Below the pieces are notes generated by a model that saw nothing but the letters and a program-made list of their open reading frames with translations, was not told the origin of the DNA and did not search any database. Position numbers and translations under genes: made by a program. A stretch of DNA of 15,310 bases from NCBI GenBank assembly GCA_964510165.1, contig CAZEBC010000093.1:1-15310 (forward strand). The letters are read 5' to 3'. Source of the DNA: an uncultured bacterium. GTDB lineage: Bacteria > Abyssobacteria > SURF-5. Positions 15,248 to 15,310 of this stretch are shown here, piece after piece; position 1 is the first letter of the stretch; each line of letters starts with the position of its first letter.

Positions 15248-15310
15248 ATGCTCCGCTGACGTGCTCCCCGAAATTAGTACCACGTGAAGTGAGAGGGTCC
15301 TGATAGAATA

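Noticed and set aside
1-15310. CRISPR arrays, tRNA/rRNA genes, transposases or integrases
   Set aside because: None seen: intergenic gaps are short, with no regularly spaced repeats, cloverleaf motifs or recombinase/transposase ORFs.

Overview
GC-rich bacterial chromosomal window, probably from an anaerobe (glycyl radical enzyme, ferredoxin-dependent oxidoreductase). Left to right: (1) a minus-strand HEAT-repeat protein, then a divergent intergenic region with sigma70-like promoters and a boxC-like palindrome; (2) plus-strand genes for a small hypothetical protein, a GT-C-type membrane glycosyltransferase and a stand-alone cNMP-binding protein; (3) a separately promoted glycyl radical enzyme (GRE) with an unusual predicted active site, a Fur/PerR-like box upstream and no activase in the window; (4) a long minus-strand run: D-2-hydroxyacid dehydrogenase, four-subunit 2-oxoacid:ferredoxin oxidoreductase (delta-alpha-beta-gamma), an AT-richer two-gene cassette (ABC/AAA_21 ATPase + TOPRIM/DUF4276-like protein, resembling MAD3/MAD4 of the MADS defence system without the other genes), and a YfhO-family protein whose stop codon overlaps that of the GRE. 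The best novelty candidates are the orphan GRE and the stand-alone MAD3/MAD4-like pair. All family assignments come from motif recognition by eye; no searches were run.
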